Source: an uncultured Acidobacteriota bacterium
GTDB taxonomy: Bacteria; Acidobacteriota; UBA6911; RPQK01; JAPXNP01
DNA length: 64,000 bases
Reading direction: 5' to 3'
NCBI GenBank assembly: GCA_963777605.1
Contig: CAVZRV010000011.1
Coordinates: 384,001 to 448,000 of the forward strand
Of the stretch, positions 8,540-19,775 are shown in pieces; the first letter of the stretch is position 1; each line of letters begins with the position of its first letter. The position numbers were made by a program, and so were the translations under genes. The notes under the pieces were generated by a model. It made no database searches and was not told where the DNA came from. It worked only from the letters and a program-made list of their open reading frames with translations.

Positions 8540-10692
8540 AGAACCTTGCAGAAAACCGGCAACTCAGGTCAGCAATGCTCGGACGACTCCTGGTCGTCCT
8601 GGGGCTCTTTCTGGCCTGGGGTATCCTGATCCTGCTGCGACTGGTTGACCTGCAGGGATTTCGCGGCGATTCCTTCAAGCTTCAGGCTGATCTCCAACAA
8701 CAGGGCTTTATTGAACTCGCTCCCAGGCGGGGCGATATTCTCGACCGGAACCTCAAGGAGCTGGCGGTCAGCGTCCGGGGCGACCTGGTCTTTGCCCAAC
8801 CTCCTCAGATCACGGATCCGCTCACAGCTTCCCAGCAACTCGCTCCCCTGCTCGGCGAACCGGCAGACTCCATTTACGGCCAGCTCAAGAGCGACTCAAA
8901 ATTCATCTTCCTGAAGCGAAAGGTCTCGCTCGATGTAGCCCAGCAGGTGCGCGATCTCGGAATCCGCGGGATCGGAACCCAGGAAGCCATGCATCGCATC
9001 TACCCCTCCGGTTCAGTGGCATCCCACATCCTGGGAATCGTGGGAATAGACAACGAAGGGCTGGAAGGGATCGAGTACTTCTACAACCGGGAGTTGAGCG
9101 GAAAGAGAACCCGGGTGGACCTCCGAGTCGACGCCCGGCGCAACACGTTTCTCAGTGACGCTCCGGAAGTCCCGATCCAGGGAAACAGCATTGTCCTGAC
9201 CATCGACAGTACGATCCAGCACCTCACCGAAAAGGTCCTCCGCGATGCAGTGGAATCGAAGGGCGCCCGAAACGGCTCCGCCATCGTGATGAACCCGAAT
9301 ACCGGTGAGATTCTCGCGATGGCATCCTGCCCCGATTTCGACCCCAACTCGTACCGCGATTACTCCGCCGACGCCCGACGGAATCGAACCATTCTGGACC
9401 TCTACGAACCCGGCAGTGTCTTCAAGGTGATCACGCTCTCTTCCCTGCTCAACGAGCATCTGGTAACCCCGGACGAAGTCATCGACTGCCGGATCGGGGC
9501 AGCCCGCCTTGCCGGGAAGGTCTACCGGGAGGCGCATTCGAGCTACGATCAACTGACCGTCACCCAGATCATTGCCAAGTCGAGCAATGTGGGAACAGTG
9601 CAACTGGCGGTCAGGCTGGGAGAAGATCGCTTCTACTCCTATATTTCGCGCCTCGGTTTCGGGAAGCGCACGGGCATCGACCTGCCCGGTGAAGAAGAAG
9701 GTTTGCTGCGGTCCACTTCACAGTGGTCAAAGCTCTCCATCGGCGCCCTCGCGATCGGGCAGGAGATCGGGGTTACGCCACTGCAGATGATTCGAGCTGC
9801 AAGCGCGATCGCCAACGGGGGTTACCTCGTCAAGCCGTTCGTGGTTCGAAGAATCCTCTCCCCGGAAGGCGAGACGCTGTTCGAGGCCAAAGCCGAACGG
9901 CACCGGGTCCTCGACGCAGCAGCGACGGCGACTGCCCGTTCAATCATGGGAACCGTTGTCGAAGAAGGTACCGGGAAAAATGCCGCTTTGAAAGGATACT
10001 CATCGGGGGGCAAGACGGGAACCGCCCAGAAGATCGTCAACGGGCGCTACTCTCATACCAAGTACGTGGGCTCATACCTGGGCTTCGCTCCGCGGGAAAA
10101 TCCCGCCTTGATTGCCATCGTGGTGATCAATGAGCCCAAAGGGATTCCCTATGGAGGAGTCGTGGCCGCTCCCGCATTCAAGGAAATCATGGAGCGCGCA
10201 CTGATCCAGGCCCGGGTCAAACAAGATCATCCAGTTGAAGTGGACGTTGAAAATCCCCCTCTCGAATTCGTCGACGCGCGTTCACCGGCGTCTTCCCCCG
10301 AGCCGGCCCTCGGTCATGAACTCGAAGAGACGGATGAGGAATCGACCGTCTCGGGGCTCCCTGGCAGCGTGCTCTCGGTCCTTGACGCGGCAGCGGTTGA
10401 ATCACCGGATACCGGGGAAATTTCGGTTGAAACCGAGGGCACGACGCTTCCTGATTTCACCGGAAAGAGCCTTCGGGAAGTCGCCCGGATCTGCGCCCGA
10501 ATCGGCATTCGTCTTCGAATCGCAGGTTCAGGTTCGGCAGTCTCTCAGCGTCCGGCACCCGGGGGAAGGGTCTCCCGGGACATGGTCTGCGAAGTCTTCT
10601 TCGCGGGCAAGGATAAATCTTCAGATGAAACTTCGGGAATTGCTCTCCGGACTGCCGCAGGACTGGATAATCGAAACAGCCTGCGAAACTGA
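8536..10692 (+). CDS. ftsI: class B penicillin-binding protein FtsI with C-terminal PASTA domain
   Basis: RGDILDRN, RIYP, GLEGIE, EPGSVFK (SxxK), SSN, KTGTAQK; C-terminal LPDFTGKSLREV PASTA after an acidic linker. Confidence 0.95.
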   Translation: MKNLAENRQLRSAMLGRLLVVLGLFLAWGILILLRLVDLQGFRGDSFKLQADLQQQGFIELAPRRGDILDRNLKELAVSVRGDLVFAQPPQITDPLTASQQLAPLLGEPADSIYGQLKSDSKFIFLKRKVSLDVAQQVRDLGIRGIGTQEAMHRIYPSGSVASHILGIVGIDNEGLEGIEYFYNRELSGKRTRVDLRVDARRNTFLSDAPEVPIQGNSIVLTIDSTIQHLTEKVLRDAVESKGARNGSAIVMNPNTGEILAMASCPDFDPNSYRDYSADARRNRTILDLYEPGSVFKVITLSSLLNEHLVTPDEVIDCRIGAARLAGKVYREAHSSYDQLTVTQIIAKSSNVGTVQLAVRLGEDRFYSYISRLGFGKRTGIDLPGEEEGLLRSTSQWSKLSIGALAIGQEIGVTPLQMIRAASAIANGGYLVKPFVVRRILSPEGETLFEAKAERHRVLDAAATATARSIMGTVVEEGTGKNAALKGYSSGGKTGTAQKIVNGRYSHTKYVGSYLGFAPRENPALIAIVVINEPKGIPYGGVVAAPAFKEIMERALIQARVKQDHPVEVDVENPPLEFVDARSPASSPEPALGHELEETDEESTVSGLPGSVLSVLDAAAVESPDTGEISVETEGTTLPDFTGKSLREVARICARIGIRLRIAGSGSAVSQRPAPGGRVSRDMVCEVFFAGKDKSSDETSGIALRTAAGLDNRNSLRN

Positions 10693-12088
10693 TCCGGAGA
10701 TTTCAGACCTGGCTTACGACTCCCGAAAGGTGACGGAGGGCAGCCTCTTCTTCGCCATCCGGGGTAACGTCACCGACGGTCATCGGTTCCTGGCCGATGC
10801 TGCCGGGAGAGGTGCGGCTGGCGTCGTCTCGGAACTCCCTCATCAAGGCGACCAAGCTCTCTGCTGGGTCAGGGTCGGATCGGCTCGTCGCTCCATGGCC
10901 CTGCTTGCCGACCGCTTCAATGCTTCTCCGTCGCAGGAGATGAAACTCGTTGGAGTGACCGGAACCAACGGGAAGACGACGACCGCCTACCTGGTTCACA
11001 GCATTCTCAACACCCACTCGAATGCTGTCATGATGGGCACAGTGGAGACCGTGATCGGAAACTCGGGGAGCGAATCGAAGCTCACCACGCCCGAGTCGGT
11101 TGACATTCAGCGTTGGCTTCGCCTGGGGCTGGACGCTGGCTGCGATTCGGGTGTTCTCGAAGTTTCGTCCCACGCTCTTTTCCTCGACAGGGCTTTCGGA
11201 TGCCGGTTCCAGGCGGCTGTCTTTACCAACCTGACCCAGGATCACCTCGACTTTCATACCACTCTGGAAGACTACTTCGGGGCCAAGCGGCGCCTTTTCG
11301 ACCCATCCTATAACCCGGGCCTTGAGCACTCGATCATCAACGGAGACGACTCTTTCGGAAGACGTCTGCTGGAAATCGCCCCAGGAGCTATTTCCTACGG
11401 TCTCGGAGCCGGCCACAACGTCACGGTTGCCTCGTATCGGACCTCGGTTGCTGGGACCGAACTGCAGGTGGAGGCGTTCGGCCGGCGGCTTGAGCTGAAG
11501 AGTTCCCTGGCGGGGCGCCACAATGTTTACAACATCCTGGGAGCCACAGCCGCCTGCTCGGCCATCGGAATCGAGGATTCCCAAATCAGGAACGGGATCG
11601 AGCGGCTCCGCTGTGTGCCGGGCCGCTTCGAGAAGATTGACCTGGAGCGGCCCTTTGCGGTCGTCATCGACTACGCCCACACACCCGATGCACTCGAAAA
11701 CGTGCTGCGCCTTGCCCGCGAACTGAACCCCCTGCGTCTGATCTGCGTCTTCGGCTGCGGCGGCGACCGGGATCGGAGCAAGCGACCCAAGATGGGATCG
11801 ATCGGGACAGGTGGATCCGACATTGCGATCGTCACTTCGGACAATCCCAGAACGGAGGACCCGGATCGAATCATCGACGACATCTTCCAAGGAATCGAGA
11901 GGCCGACTGCCCGAGTGGAGCGGATCACCCTGCGCAGGGAGGCCATCCGGAGAGCCCTTGAACTTGCCCGGGAGGGAGACCTCGTATTACTCGCAGGCAA
12001 GGGACACGAAACCTACCAGGACATCGGCGGGTGCCGGATTGATTTCGACGAGCGGGAGATCGTGAGGGAGGAACTGTGCTCGATTTGA
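10625..12088 (+). CDS. murE: UDP-MurNAc-tripeptide ligase MurE (meso-DAP type)
   Basis: GVTGTNGKTT, TTPES, EVSSHAL, DYAHTPDAL, DNPR, AGKGHE. Start at ATG 10625 (MKLRELL), overlapping the ftsI end by 68 nt. Confidence 0.95.
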   Translation: MKLRELLSGLPQDWIIETACETDPEISDLAYDSRKVTEGSLFFAIRGNVTDGHRFLADAAGRGAAGVVSELPHQGDQALCWVRVGSARRSMALLADRFNASPSQEMKLVGVTGTNGKTTTAYLVHSILNTHSNAVMMGTVETVIGNSGSESKLTTPESVDIQRWLRLGLDAGCDSGVLEVSSHALFLDRAFGCRFQAAVFTNLTQDHLDFHTTLEDYFGAKRRLFDPSYNPGLEHSIINGDDSFGRRLLEIAPGAISYGLGAGHNVTVASYRTSVAGTELQVEAFGRRLELKSSLAGRHNVYNILGATAACSAIGIEDSQIRNGIERLRCVPGRFEKIDLERPFAVVIDYAHTPDALENVLRLARELNPLRLICVFGCGGDRDRSKRPKMGSIGTGGSDIAIVTSDNPRTEDPDRIIDDIFQGIERPTARVERITLRREAIRRALELAREGDLVLLAGKGHETYQDIGGCRIDFDEREIVREELCSI

Positions 12089-13470
12089 CTGTTCGGGAAG
12101 CAGCGACGGCGATGCGTGCGACGGTACGCGGTCTGGCACCGGACAGCCCGGCGTTGTCTGCACCCATGCCCGGAGTTTCGATCGACACCCGGACTCTCCA
12201 ACCTGGACAGGCGTTCTGCGCCATTCCGGGAAACCGCTTCGACGGCCACCAGTTTACCGGGAAAGCGGCGCAAGCAGGCGCCTCGGTACTGGTGGTCGAT
12301 CACCCCGTGACGGTTCCCGCCGAAGTCCCGCAACTGGTCGTTCAGGACACCACGGCGGCCATCCAACAGCTCGCCCGCTCCGTCCGGCGCAAGTGGGGCA
12401 AGGAACTGATTGCCGTAACAGGGAGCATGGGCAAGACGACAACCCGGGAGTTCACCACCGCCCTCCTCCAGAGCCGCTATTCAGTTCTGCAGTCTCAAGG
12501 GAACCTCAATAACCACCTCGGACTGCCCTTGACTCTCCTGAATCTCCGCAGTGACCACGAGATTGCGGTTGTCGAACTGGGCATGAACCATCCGGGGGAG
12601 ATCGATCTCCTCGGGTCGATCTGCCTTCCCAACTCGGTCTTGCTGACCAATGTCGCCCCCGTTCACCTCGAGTTCTTCGAATCAGTTGATGCGATCGCCC
12701 GGGCCAAAGGCGAAATTCTGAATCATCTCCCGGCGACCGGCCGGCTCTTCTTCAACGGGGACGACGCCCGGCTGGCCCAACTGGCCCGGCGCCATCCCGG
12801 CGAAACCCGCAGATTCGGATTCGCGGCTCCAAACGACTACCGGGTCACCGAATGGAGCATCGAAGAACTCAATTCTATGCCGCTCACCATCGCCGGCCCC
12901 GACCTGGTTTTGCACAGCAGTTTGCACTGTGTCGGCAAACACTTCTTGTACAACCTGATCGGGGCGGTTGCAGCGGCCCACTCCTGTGGCCTCGACAAGG
13001 AGGATTTGAAAGCGTCCATCCCGCGTCTGGGAGCCCTCCGAGGCCGGGGACAGATTCTCCGGGTCGGCGGGTTGTGCCTCTGGGACGACTCCTACAACTC
13101 GAATCCAGCCGCCGTCGCCAGCCTGCTTCAGACCCTGCAGTCAATCTCCGGGGTCAACCGTATCGTGCTCGTTCTTGGAACGATGCTCGAACTCGGATCG
13201 GGGTCAGCTCGATACCACCATGAAATCGGCGACATGATTCCCGCGTCAATCAGCAGGCTTGTCACCGTCGGAGACTCGGCGGAGGAGATCGGCCGCGGGG
13301 CTGTCGAAGCGGGCTTTCCAATGACAGGGCACCTGCACTGCGCGACTGCCGAGGAAGCGGCGAACGTGATCGGCCAAATCGTTGAAAACGGCGACCTCGT
13401 GGTCGTCAAAGGTTCGCGCGGGGTTGGGCTCGACCGGGTCGTCACCTCGCTCCAGGGAGGTCCAGCGTGA
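12076..13470 (+). CDS. murF: UDP-MurNAc-tripeptide--D-Ala-D-Ala ligase
   Basis: [45 protein letters not shown]. Confidence 0.95.
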   Translation: MLDLTVREAATAMRATVRGLAPDSPALSAPMPGVSIDTRTLQPGQAFCAIPGNRFDGHQFTGKAAQAGASVLVVDHPVTVPAEVPQLVVQDTTAAIQQLARSVRRKWGKELIAVTGSMGKTTTREFTTALLQSRYSVLQSQGNLNNHLGLPLTLLNLRSDHEIAVVELGMNHPGEIDLLGSICLPNSVLLTNVAPVHLEFFESVDAIARAKGEILNHLPATGRLFFNGDDARLAQLARRHPGETRRFGFAAPNDYRVTEWSIEELNSMPLTIAGPDLVLHSSLHCVGKHFLYNLIGAVAAAHSCGLDKEDLKASIPRLGALRGRGQILRVGGLCLWDDSYNSNPAAVASLLQTLQSISGVNRIVLVLGTMLELGSGSARYHHEIGDMIPASISRLVTVGDSAEEIGRGAVEAGFPMTGHLHCATAEEAANVIGQIVENGDLVVVKGSRGVGLDRVVTSLQGGPA

Positions 13471-14579
13471 TCTATCACCTCCTCTACTCGCTTCACGAGC
13501 AGATATCGGTCCTGAATGTCGTCCGCTACATCACCTTCCGGACGGCCTATGCTTCCCTCACTGCGCTCCTGATCAGCATGTGGATGGGACCCTGGATGAT
13601 CGCCAAGCTTCGGGAATTCAAAATCGGACAGTTTATCCGCGAGGAGGGCCCCGAAAATCACCAGGCAAAAGCCGGGACTCCAACGATGGGCGGAATCCTG
13701 ATTATTTTCAGCGTCGTGATACCAACTCTGCTCTGGGCCGACCTGACCAACCTCTATGTCTGGATCGCACTCACTTCCCTGCTCTTCTTCGGCGCGGTGG
13801 GATTCGCCGACGACTACCTCAAGATCAGTCGAAAGCGGTCCCTGGGGCTGAGGGGCTGGGAGAAGATCGCCATGCAGGTCCTCTTCTCACTCGCCATCGC
13901 TGCACTGCTGATCTACCTAAACCGGATCAACCTCTATTCCGTGGAGTTGAGTGTCCCCTTCTTCAAACGGTTTACACCGGAACTCGACCTCGTCATTCTG
14001 GGAGTTTCCACCTTTATTCCTCTGATCCTCTTCGTGGCCCTGGTTATCATCGGAAGCAGCAACGCGGTCAACATAACTGATGGGCTCGACGGGCTGGCCG
14101 GCGGCCTCGTCGTGATTGCAGCCTCGTCGCTGACGATCCTCACCTACATCACGGGTCATGCCACCTTTGCCACTTATCTCGGCCTGATCAAGAACACCTA
14201 TGCCAGTGAGTTGACCATCTTCTGCGGGGCGATGGTCGGAGCGACGATGGGGTTCCTCTGGTACAACTGCTATCCCGCCGAGGTCTTCATGGGCGACGTG
14301 GGAGCGATGGGACTGGGAGGAGCGATCGGTACGGTCGCGATCCTGATCAAACAGGAACTTCTCCTCTTCTCCATCGGAGGGATCTTCGTCATTGAGGCAC
14401 TTTCGGTGATCGTGCAGGTCGCGTCATTCAAACTCCGGGGGAAGCGGGTACTGCTCATGGCTCCCCTGCACCACCATTTCGAGAAGCTCGGCTGGGCCGA
14501 GCCGAAAGTCGTGATCCGGTTCTGGATCATAGGGCTGATATTTGCACTGTTTAGTTTGACGACCTTGAAGATTCGATGA
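13467..14579 (+). CDS. mraY: phospho-MurNAc-pentapeptide transferase
   Basis: [42 protein letters not shown]. Confidence 0.97.
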   Translation: MIYHLLYSLHEQISVLNVVRYITFRTAYASLTALLISMWMGPWMIAKLREFKIGQFIREEGPENHQAKAGTPTMGGILIIFSVVIPTLLWADLTNLYVWIALTSLLFFGAVGFADDYLKISRKRSLGLRGWEKIAMQVLFSLAIAALLIYLNRINLYSVELSVPFFKRFTPELDLVILGVSTFIPLILFVALVIIGSSNAVNITDGLDGLAGGLVVIAASSLTILTYITGHATFATYLGLIKNTYASELTIFCGAMVGATMGFLWYNCYPAEVFMGDVGAMGLGGAIGTVAILIKQELLLFSIGGIFVIEALSVIVQVASFKLRGKRVLLMAPLHHHFEKLGWAEPKVVIRFWIIGLIFALFSLTTLKIR

Positions 14580-14629
14580 TTTGTGCACTATCGAAAGCCG
14601 GCGACGTCCGGCTCACAAAAGACAGCTTG

Positions 14630-16006
14630 ATGGAACTGAGAGATCGTAAAGTCTTGATCGTCGGCCTGGCGCGCAGTGGCGTCGCCGCCGCCGAGTTTCT
14701 GGTTCGCGAAGGGGCCTTGGTCTCGCTTACCGACCGGAAGGAGCGTTCCCAGCTCGCGCCGATGCTCCAACGGCTGCCCGCGCCGGTCAAGTTGTGTCTT
14801 GGGGGACACTCCGTCGAGGATTTCGTGAACGCAGAGCTGGTTGTGGCCAGCCCCGGGGTCCCCCCTGATCTCCCCGAACTGGTTCAGGCACGAAACCATG
14901 GAATCCCGGTTATCGGGGAAGTCGAACTCGCCTACCGGTTTCTGCAGGGGCACTTCATCGGCGTCACGGGTTCGAACGGGAAAACCACGACGACCACCCT
15001 GATCGGCGAAATCTGTCGCAGCGCCGGCCAAGCCCGATTCGTGGCGGGCAACATCGGCCGACCGCTCACCGAAGCCCTGCTCCAGGAATCTCCCCCTCGC
15101 CAATTCGTGGTCGAACTGTCATCCTTCCAGCTCGAGAGTATCGAGGAATTTCACTGCAACGTGGCTGTCTTTCTCAATCTCACTCCCGACCACCTGGACC
15201 GGCATGGAGACGCCGGCGCCTACCTGGCCGCCAAGGAACGGATTTTCCTCAACCAGGCGGCCGATGACTGGGCGGTCGTCAATCTCGATGACCCCGCCCT
15301 GGGCCAAATACGAACGGCGGCTCGCCGGTTCCCGTTCAGTGTCGAGCGCCGCCTCGCCGAAGGAGCCTACTGCGACCGCGAATCGCTGCGGCTTCGCCTG
15401 GATGGACGGGAGCACCACCTTCTTGAACGATCGGAGATTCCGTTGCGGGGCCTTCACAACCTCTCCAATATCCTGGCAGCCTCCGCCGCCGCCTTTCTGG
15501 GAGGCGTCGAAGCGGATCAGATCGCCAAGACAGTCCGTGGTTTTGGCGGGGTGGAACACCGCCTGGAATTCGTCCGCGAGATGGACGGGGTCGAGTGGTT
15601 CAACGATTCCAAGGCAACCAACGTCGACTCCGCGATGAAAGCCCTGGAGTCATTCGGCAGCCCCATCGTTCTGATCATGGGAGGGCTGGACAAGGCAGGG
15701 GACTTCCGATTGCTCCGCGCCCTGGTTCAAGAAAAGGTACGGCATTTGATCGTCCTGGGTTCGGCTGCAGAAAAGATTGCAGCCCAGCTCTCCGATACGG
15801 CGCCGATCCTGAAAGCCGGGTCCCTCGAGGAGGCGGTTGCCCGGGCGGCCCGGATCGCCCGATCCGGGGACGTCGTCCTTTTGGCGCCGGGATGCGCCAG
15901 TTTTGACATGTTTGAGAATTACGAACACCGGGGAAGGGTTTTCAAGGAGCTCGCCCACAGCCTTGCAGCCCACGCCCGGTCCGGAGAAGAAGAGGACAAC
16001 CGATGA
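14630..16006 (+). CDS. murD: UDP-MurNAc-L-Ala--D-Glu ligase
   Basis: GLARSG, SPGVP, TGSNGKTTT, ELSSFQL, NDSKATN, PGCASFD. ATG 14630 preferred; the ORF track starts at 14576. Confidence 0.95.
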   Translation: MELRDRKVLIVGLARSGVAAAEFLVREGALVSLTDRKERSQLAPMLQRLPAPVKLCLGGHSVEDFVNAELVVASPGVPPDLPELVQARNHGIPVIGEVELAYRFLQGHFIGVTGSNGKTTTTTLIGEICRSAGQARFVAGNIGRPLTEALLQESPPRQFVVELSSFQLESIEEFHCNVAVFLNLTPDHLDRHGDAGAYLAAKERIFLNQAADDWAVVNLDDPALGQIRTAARRFPFSVERRLAEGAYCDRESLRLRLDGREHHLLERSEIPLRGLHNLSNILAASAAAFLGGVEADQIAKTVRGFGGVEHRLEFVREMDGVEWFNDSKATNVDSAMKALESFGSPIVLIMGGLDKAGDFRLLRALVQEKVRHLIVLGSAAEKIAAQLSDTAPILKAGSLEEAVARAARIARSGDVVLLAPGCASFDMFENYEHRGRVFKELAHSLAAHARSGEEEDNR

Positions 16007-17157
16007 TCAGGCGAATGCCCTACGATCGCATCCTGATTCTCAGCGTGCTGACCTTGTCCGCGATCGGACTGGTTATCCTGTTCAGCGCCTCATCGGTGAT
16101 CTCCCGCGAGCTCTACGGCTCTTCGACAGCGATCTTCACCAAGCAGCTGTACGCGGTTCTTCTCGGGCTCGGCCTGATGTTCCTGGCCATGCGGCTCGAT
16201 TACAGAACTTACCAGAATCGATACATCCTGGCCGCACTGCTGGCGGTCGCAATCGCCCTGCTCGGCTGGGCTCTGGCCAGTCCGGACGTAAACGGAGTCC
16301 ATCGCTGGGTCCGAATCGGACCCATGCGCTTTCAGCCCTCCGAGATTGCCAAGCTCGGAGTTATCTTGGTCACCTCCTATTACCTGGTGGCAGCGGGCGG
16401 CCAAATTCGGGATTTCGAGAAACGGATGCTCTGGTATTTCGCGCCCCTCGGCGTAATGATGCTGCTGGTCCTGATGGAGCCTGATTTCGGCACCACGACG
16501 AGCCTGGCTTTCACCCTCGCCCTGCTCTTTTTCATAGCCGGCCTGCCCTGGCGGTATTACTTTGGAGCGCTGCTCCTGGCAGCCCCCGGGTTCTACTTCC
16601 TGATCTACCGGGTTCCCTACCGGTGGAATCGCCTGCTCGCGTTCTGGGACCCGGAAGCCGATCCGCACGGGTCGGGGTACCAGATCCTCCAGAGCCTGAT
16701 CGCCGTCGGATCAGGCGGGCTCGGCGGGAAAGGCCTCGCCCAAAGCACCCAGAAACTCTTCTTCCTTCCCGAGGCTCAGACCGATTTCATTTTTGCGGTA
16801 CTTGCGGAAGAGCTCGGAATTTGGGGATCCACGATCGTTCTCCTGCTCTTCCTGGTCGTGCTTTGGCGCGGTATCCGAATCAGCCTGCGGGCGAACACGC
16901 TATTCGGGACCTACGTGGGGCTGGGAATCGTCTGCATGATCGTCTTCCAGGCCCTCTTCAACATCAGCGTGGTATTGAGCATTTGCCCAACCAAGGGAAT
17001 CCCCCTCCCCTTCATCTCCGCCGGCGGTTCATCGGTACTCGTCATGTTGATTTCAGTCGGGATCCTGCTGAATATTTCGCGGAATTCAGCGGTGCAGTTC
17101 CCCGGAACGATCAACCAACCCTCGGCTGCGGGGAACGACGGAGAACGCATCGGATGA
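16003..17157 (+). CDS. ftsW: SEDS peptidoglycan glycosyltransferase FtsW
   Basis: Polytopic; RW, FQPSE, EPDFG, GYQ, PEAQTDFIF, KGIPLPFISAGGSS. Confidence 0.95.
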   Translation: MIRRMPYDRILILSVLTLSAIGLVILFSASSVISRELYGSSTAIFTKQLYAVLLGLGLMFLAMRLDYRTYQNRYILAALLAVAIALLGWALASPDVNGVHRWVRIGPMRFQPSEIAKLGVILVTSYYLVAAGGQIRDFEKRMLWYFAPLGVMMLLVLMEPDFGTTTSLAFTLALLFFIAGLPWRYYFGALLLAAPGFYFLIYRVPYRWNRLLAFWDPEADPHGSGYQILQSLIAVGSGGLGGKGLAQSTQKLFFLPEAQTDFIFAVLAEELGIWGSTIVLLLFLVVLWRGIRISLRANTLFGTYVGLGIVCMIVFQALFNISVVLSICPTKGIPLPFISAGGSSVLVMLISVGILLNISRNSAVQFPGTINQPSAAGNDGERIG

Positions 17158-18245
17158 ACGGAACGGCACAATCAAGACTGGAGAGAGTTCTCTTTGCCGG
17201 CGGCGGCACCGGAGGACACCTCTACATGGCCATCGCGGTCGCCCGAACGCTCCAGGCCGCCAACCCTGCGACCCAGTTTCTCTTCGTGGGGACTCCCGAA
17301 GGACTGGAGGCCCGAATCGTGCCTCAGCAGGGATTCCTGCTCGAGACCATTCACGTTGGGGGACTCAAGAACGTGGGGATTCGCCGGCTGGTTCGGACCG
17401 CCGTCCAGTTGCCGCTCAGTCTCGTCCATTCGCTGCGCATCGTTTCCCGTTTCCGACCCGATGCGGTTCTCGGAGTGGGTGGTTATGCTTCGGGCCCGGT
17501 CGTCCTGGCGGCATTTCTTCGCCGCATTCCCAGCGTAATTATTGAACCCAACGTGGAACCAGGACTGGCAAACCGACTCCTGCGCCCGCTTGTCGATCGG
17601 ATTGCAGTGGCATTCAAAGAGACCGCGGCCCGTTTTGGAGTCAAGGCCCGGATCACCGGGGTACCGATTCGGGAGGAATTCTTCAGGGTTCGCGAGCACG
17701 CCTTCGACGCCGATCGGCTGACAGTCCTGATTTTCGGGGGAAGCCGGGGAAGCCGGCCGCTCAACCAGCTCGTTTCAGCATCGCTTCCCCAACTTGCGGG
17801 GCACCCGGTTCACCTGATTCACCAGACCGGTCCGGACGACTACGAGACCGTCCGGGAAACCTATCGGGAAGTCGATATCTCCGCCGAGATCCTCCCCTAC
17901 ATTGACGATATGCCGGCCTGTTTCAACCGTGCCGACCTGATTGTTTCACGCTCGGGAGCATCGACGGTAGCCGAGATTACCGCAGCCGGACGACCGGCCC
18001 TGCTGGTTCCCTTCCCGCACGCCGCGGACGACCACCAGACCAAGAATGCCCGAGCCCTGGAAAGCAGGGGCGCCGCTATCGTGATGGTTCAGAAGGAAAC
18101 GACTGGGGAAACTCTGGCCGCAAAAGTCTCGGAACTGGTCCGCGACCGGGCTCAGCTGGGCCGAATGGCGGCCGCTGCCCGAGAAGCCAATCGCCCGGGT
18201 GCCGCCGGCGCCGTAATACGACTGCTCGAGGAGGCAGCTGCTTGA
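17154..18245 (+). CDS. murG: lipid I GlcNAc transferase
   Basis: GGGTGGH, GGYAS, GGSRGS, SRSGAST, DDHQTKNA. Start ATG 17154 overlaps the ftsW stop. Confidence 0.95.
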   Translation: MNGTAQSRLERVLFAGGGTGGHLYMAIAVARTLQAANPATQFLFVGTPEGLEARIVPQQGFLLETIHVGGLKNVGIRRLVRTAVQLPLSLVHSLRIVSRFRPDAVLGVGGYASGPVVLAAFLRRIPSVIIEPNVEPGLANRLLRPLVDRIAVAFKETAARFGVKARITGVPIREEFFRVREHAFDADRLTVLIFGGSRGSRPLNQLVSASLPQLAGHPVHLIHQTGPDDYETVRETYREVDISAEILPYIDDMPACFNRADLIVSRSGASTVAEITAAGRPALLVPFPHAADDHQTKNARALESRGAAIVMVQKETTGETLAAKVSELVRDRAQLGRMAAAAREANRPGAAGAVIRLLEEAAA

Positions 18246-18401
18246 TGAGAGGTTCGATGAGGTCACGTTTCGAACACTGCAAGGTTTTAGGCTCCCGGCC
18301 ACGCCAAGCCGACCCTACCCAAAAGCACCCTTGCCGCTGGATCGATCAGGTGACCTCATCCAACCTCTTTCTGCAGCATCGTGGAATCGACTGGTGAGCG
18401 C

Positions 18402-19775
18402 ATGAGAATGCTGAACGAACTTGGAAACTGCAGGCACTTCCACTTCGTCGGAATCGGCGGCGGGGGGATGAGTGCACTTGCCCGGCTCCTGCTTCAGCAA
18501 GGGCACGTGGTGAGCGGCTCCGACCTGCATCCGGGCTCGACGTCCAAGGCCCTCGAAACCTTGGGAGCAAACGTTTTCCAGGGGCATGACGCCGGGAACC
18601 TGAGGGACTCCGAAGTGCTCGTCTACTCGTCGGCGATCCGCGAGGGGAACCCGGAGTTGGTCGAGGCGAAACGGCTCGGTCTCCCCGTCATCCATCGCTC
18701 CGAGCTCCTCGTCGAGCTGATGCGCTATCGAAAGGGCATCGCAGTCGCGGGATGCCATGGAAAGTCAACGACGGCCGCAATGATCGGCTACGTGTTGCGC
18801 CGTGCCGGTCTTGATCCCACGATCGCGCTCGGCGCACGCCCTCTCTACCTCGAAGCCAATTCCGAGTTCGGCTCCGGGGACTGTTTCGTTGCCGAGGCGG
18901 ACGAAAGTGATCGCAGTTTCCTCAGGTTCCGACCGGAGTACCCTGTCGTGACCAACATCGACCTGGATCACACCGACACCTATCGCAGCCTCGCCGAGGT
19001 GCAGGACGCCTTCTCCCAGTTCCTCTCGAAGACTCCTTTCTACGGGCAAGCGGTTGCCTGCTGGGACAGCATTCCGCTCCGGGAAGTCCTGCGAAATGTT
19101 CACCGCCGGGTGGTAACGTACGGCTTGAGTGAAGGGGCGGATCATCGGATTTCGGAGATCCGGGAGACGTCGTCCGGCTCGTGTTTCGCGCTGGGTTTTG
19201 GAGGGGAACCCCCGGTACGGATCAGCCTTCGGTTGGGCGGCATTCACAACGTGCTCAATGCAGCCGCAACCGCCTGTCTGGCCGGAATCCTGCGGGTACA
19301 GCCTTCCGTCATCCAGAGCGCGCTGGCCGAGTTTTCCGGGGTAGAACGACGCATGGAGTTCAAGGGTGAAAGCCGGGGGGTGTTGGTCATGGACGATTAC
19401 GCTCACCACCCTGCTGAGATCAGGGCAACAATCGAGGCCTGCCAAGTTCACGATCGGAGGCTCGTAGTCGTTTTTCAGCCCCATCGCTTCTCGCGGACAG
19501 CCAGCCTGATGGACGACTTCGCCCGCAGTTTCGATCGTGCCGGCCAACTCTTTTTGATGAATGTGTACCCGGCCGGAGAAGAACCGATTCCGGGAGTGTC
19601 TTCACAGCGCCTCGCTCGCCTGATTCCTGCTCACCTGTCGGCTGAGTGGATCTCGTCCGGCGCCAAGATGGTTGACCGACTGGAGGCGGAGTGCCGGCCC
19701 GGCGACCTGCTGCTGACGATGGGCGCAGGTGATGTCTGGAAGATTGGAGAAGAGTTCCTTGAAAGAAGCCACTAA
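18402..19775 (+). CDS. murC: UDP-MurNAc--L-alanine ligase
   Basis: HFVGIGGGGMS, GCHGKSTT, EADESD, DDYAHHPAEI, FQPHR, MGAGD. Confidence 0.96.
   Translation: MRMLNELGNCRHFHFVGIGGGGMSALARLLLQQGHVVSGSDLHPGSTSKALETLGANVFQGHDAGNLRDSEVLVYSSAIREGNPELVEAKRLGLPVIHRSELLVELMRYRKGIAVAGCHGKSTTAAMIGYVLRRAGLDPTIALGARPLYLEANSEFGSGDCFVAEADESDRSFLRFRPEYPVVTNIDLDHTDTYRSLAEVQDAFSQFLSKTPFYGQAVACWDSIPLREVLRNVHRRVVTYGLSEGADHRISEIRETSSGSCFALGFGGEPPVRISLRLGGIHNVLNAAATACLAGILRVQPSVIQSALAEFSGVERRMEFKGESRGVLVMDDYAHHPAEIRATIEACQVHDRRLVVVFQPHRFSRTASLMDDFARSFDRAGQLFLMNVYPAGEEPIPGVSSQRLARLIPAHLSAEWISSGAKMVDRLEAECRPGDLLLTMGAGDVWKIGEEFLERSH

Noticed and set aside
10235-10624. N-terminal extension of murE in the ORF track
   Set aside because: Overlaps ftsI out of frame; MurE similarity begins at ATG 10625.
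16623-17153. N-terminal extension of murG (apparent fusion)
   Set aside because: Lies inside ftsW in another frame; ATG 17154 overlaps the ftsW stop as expected.
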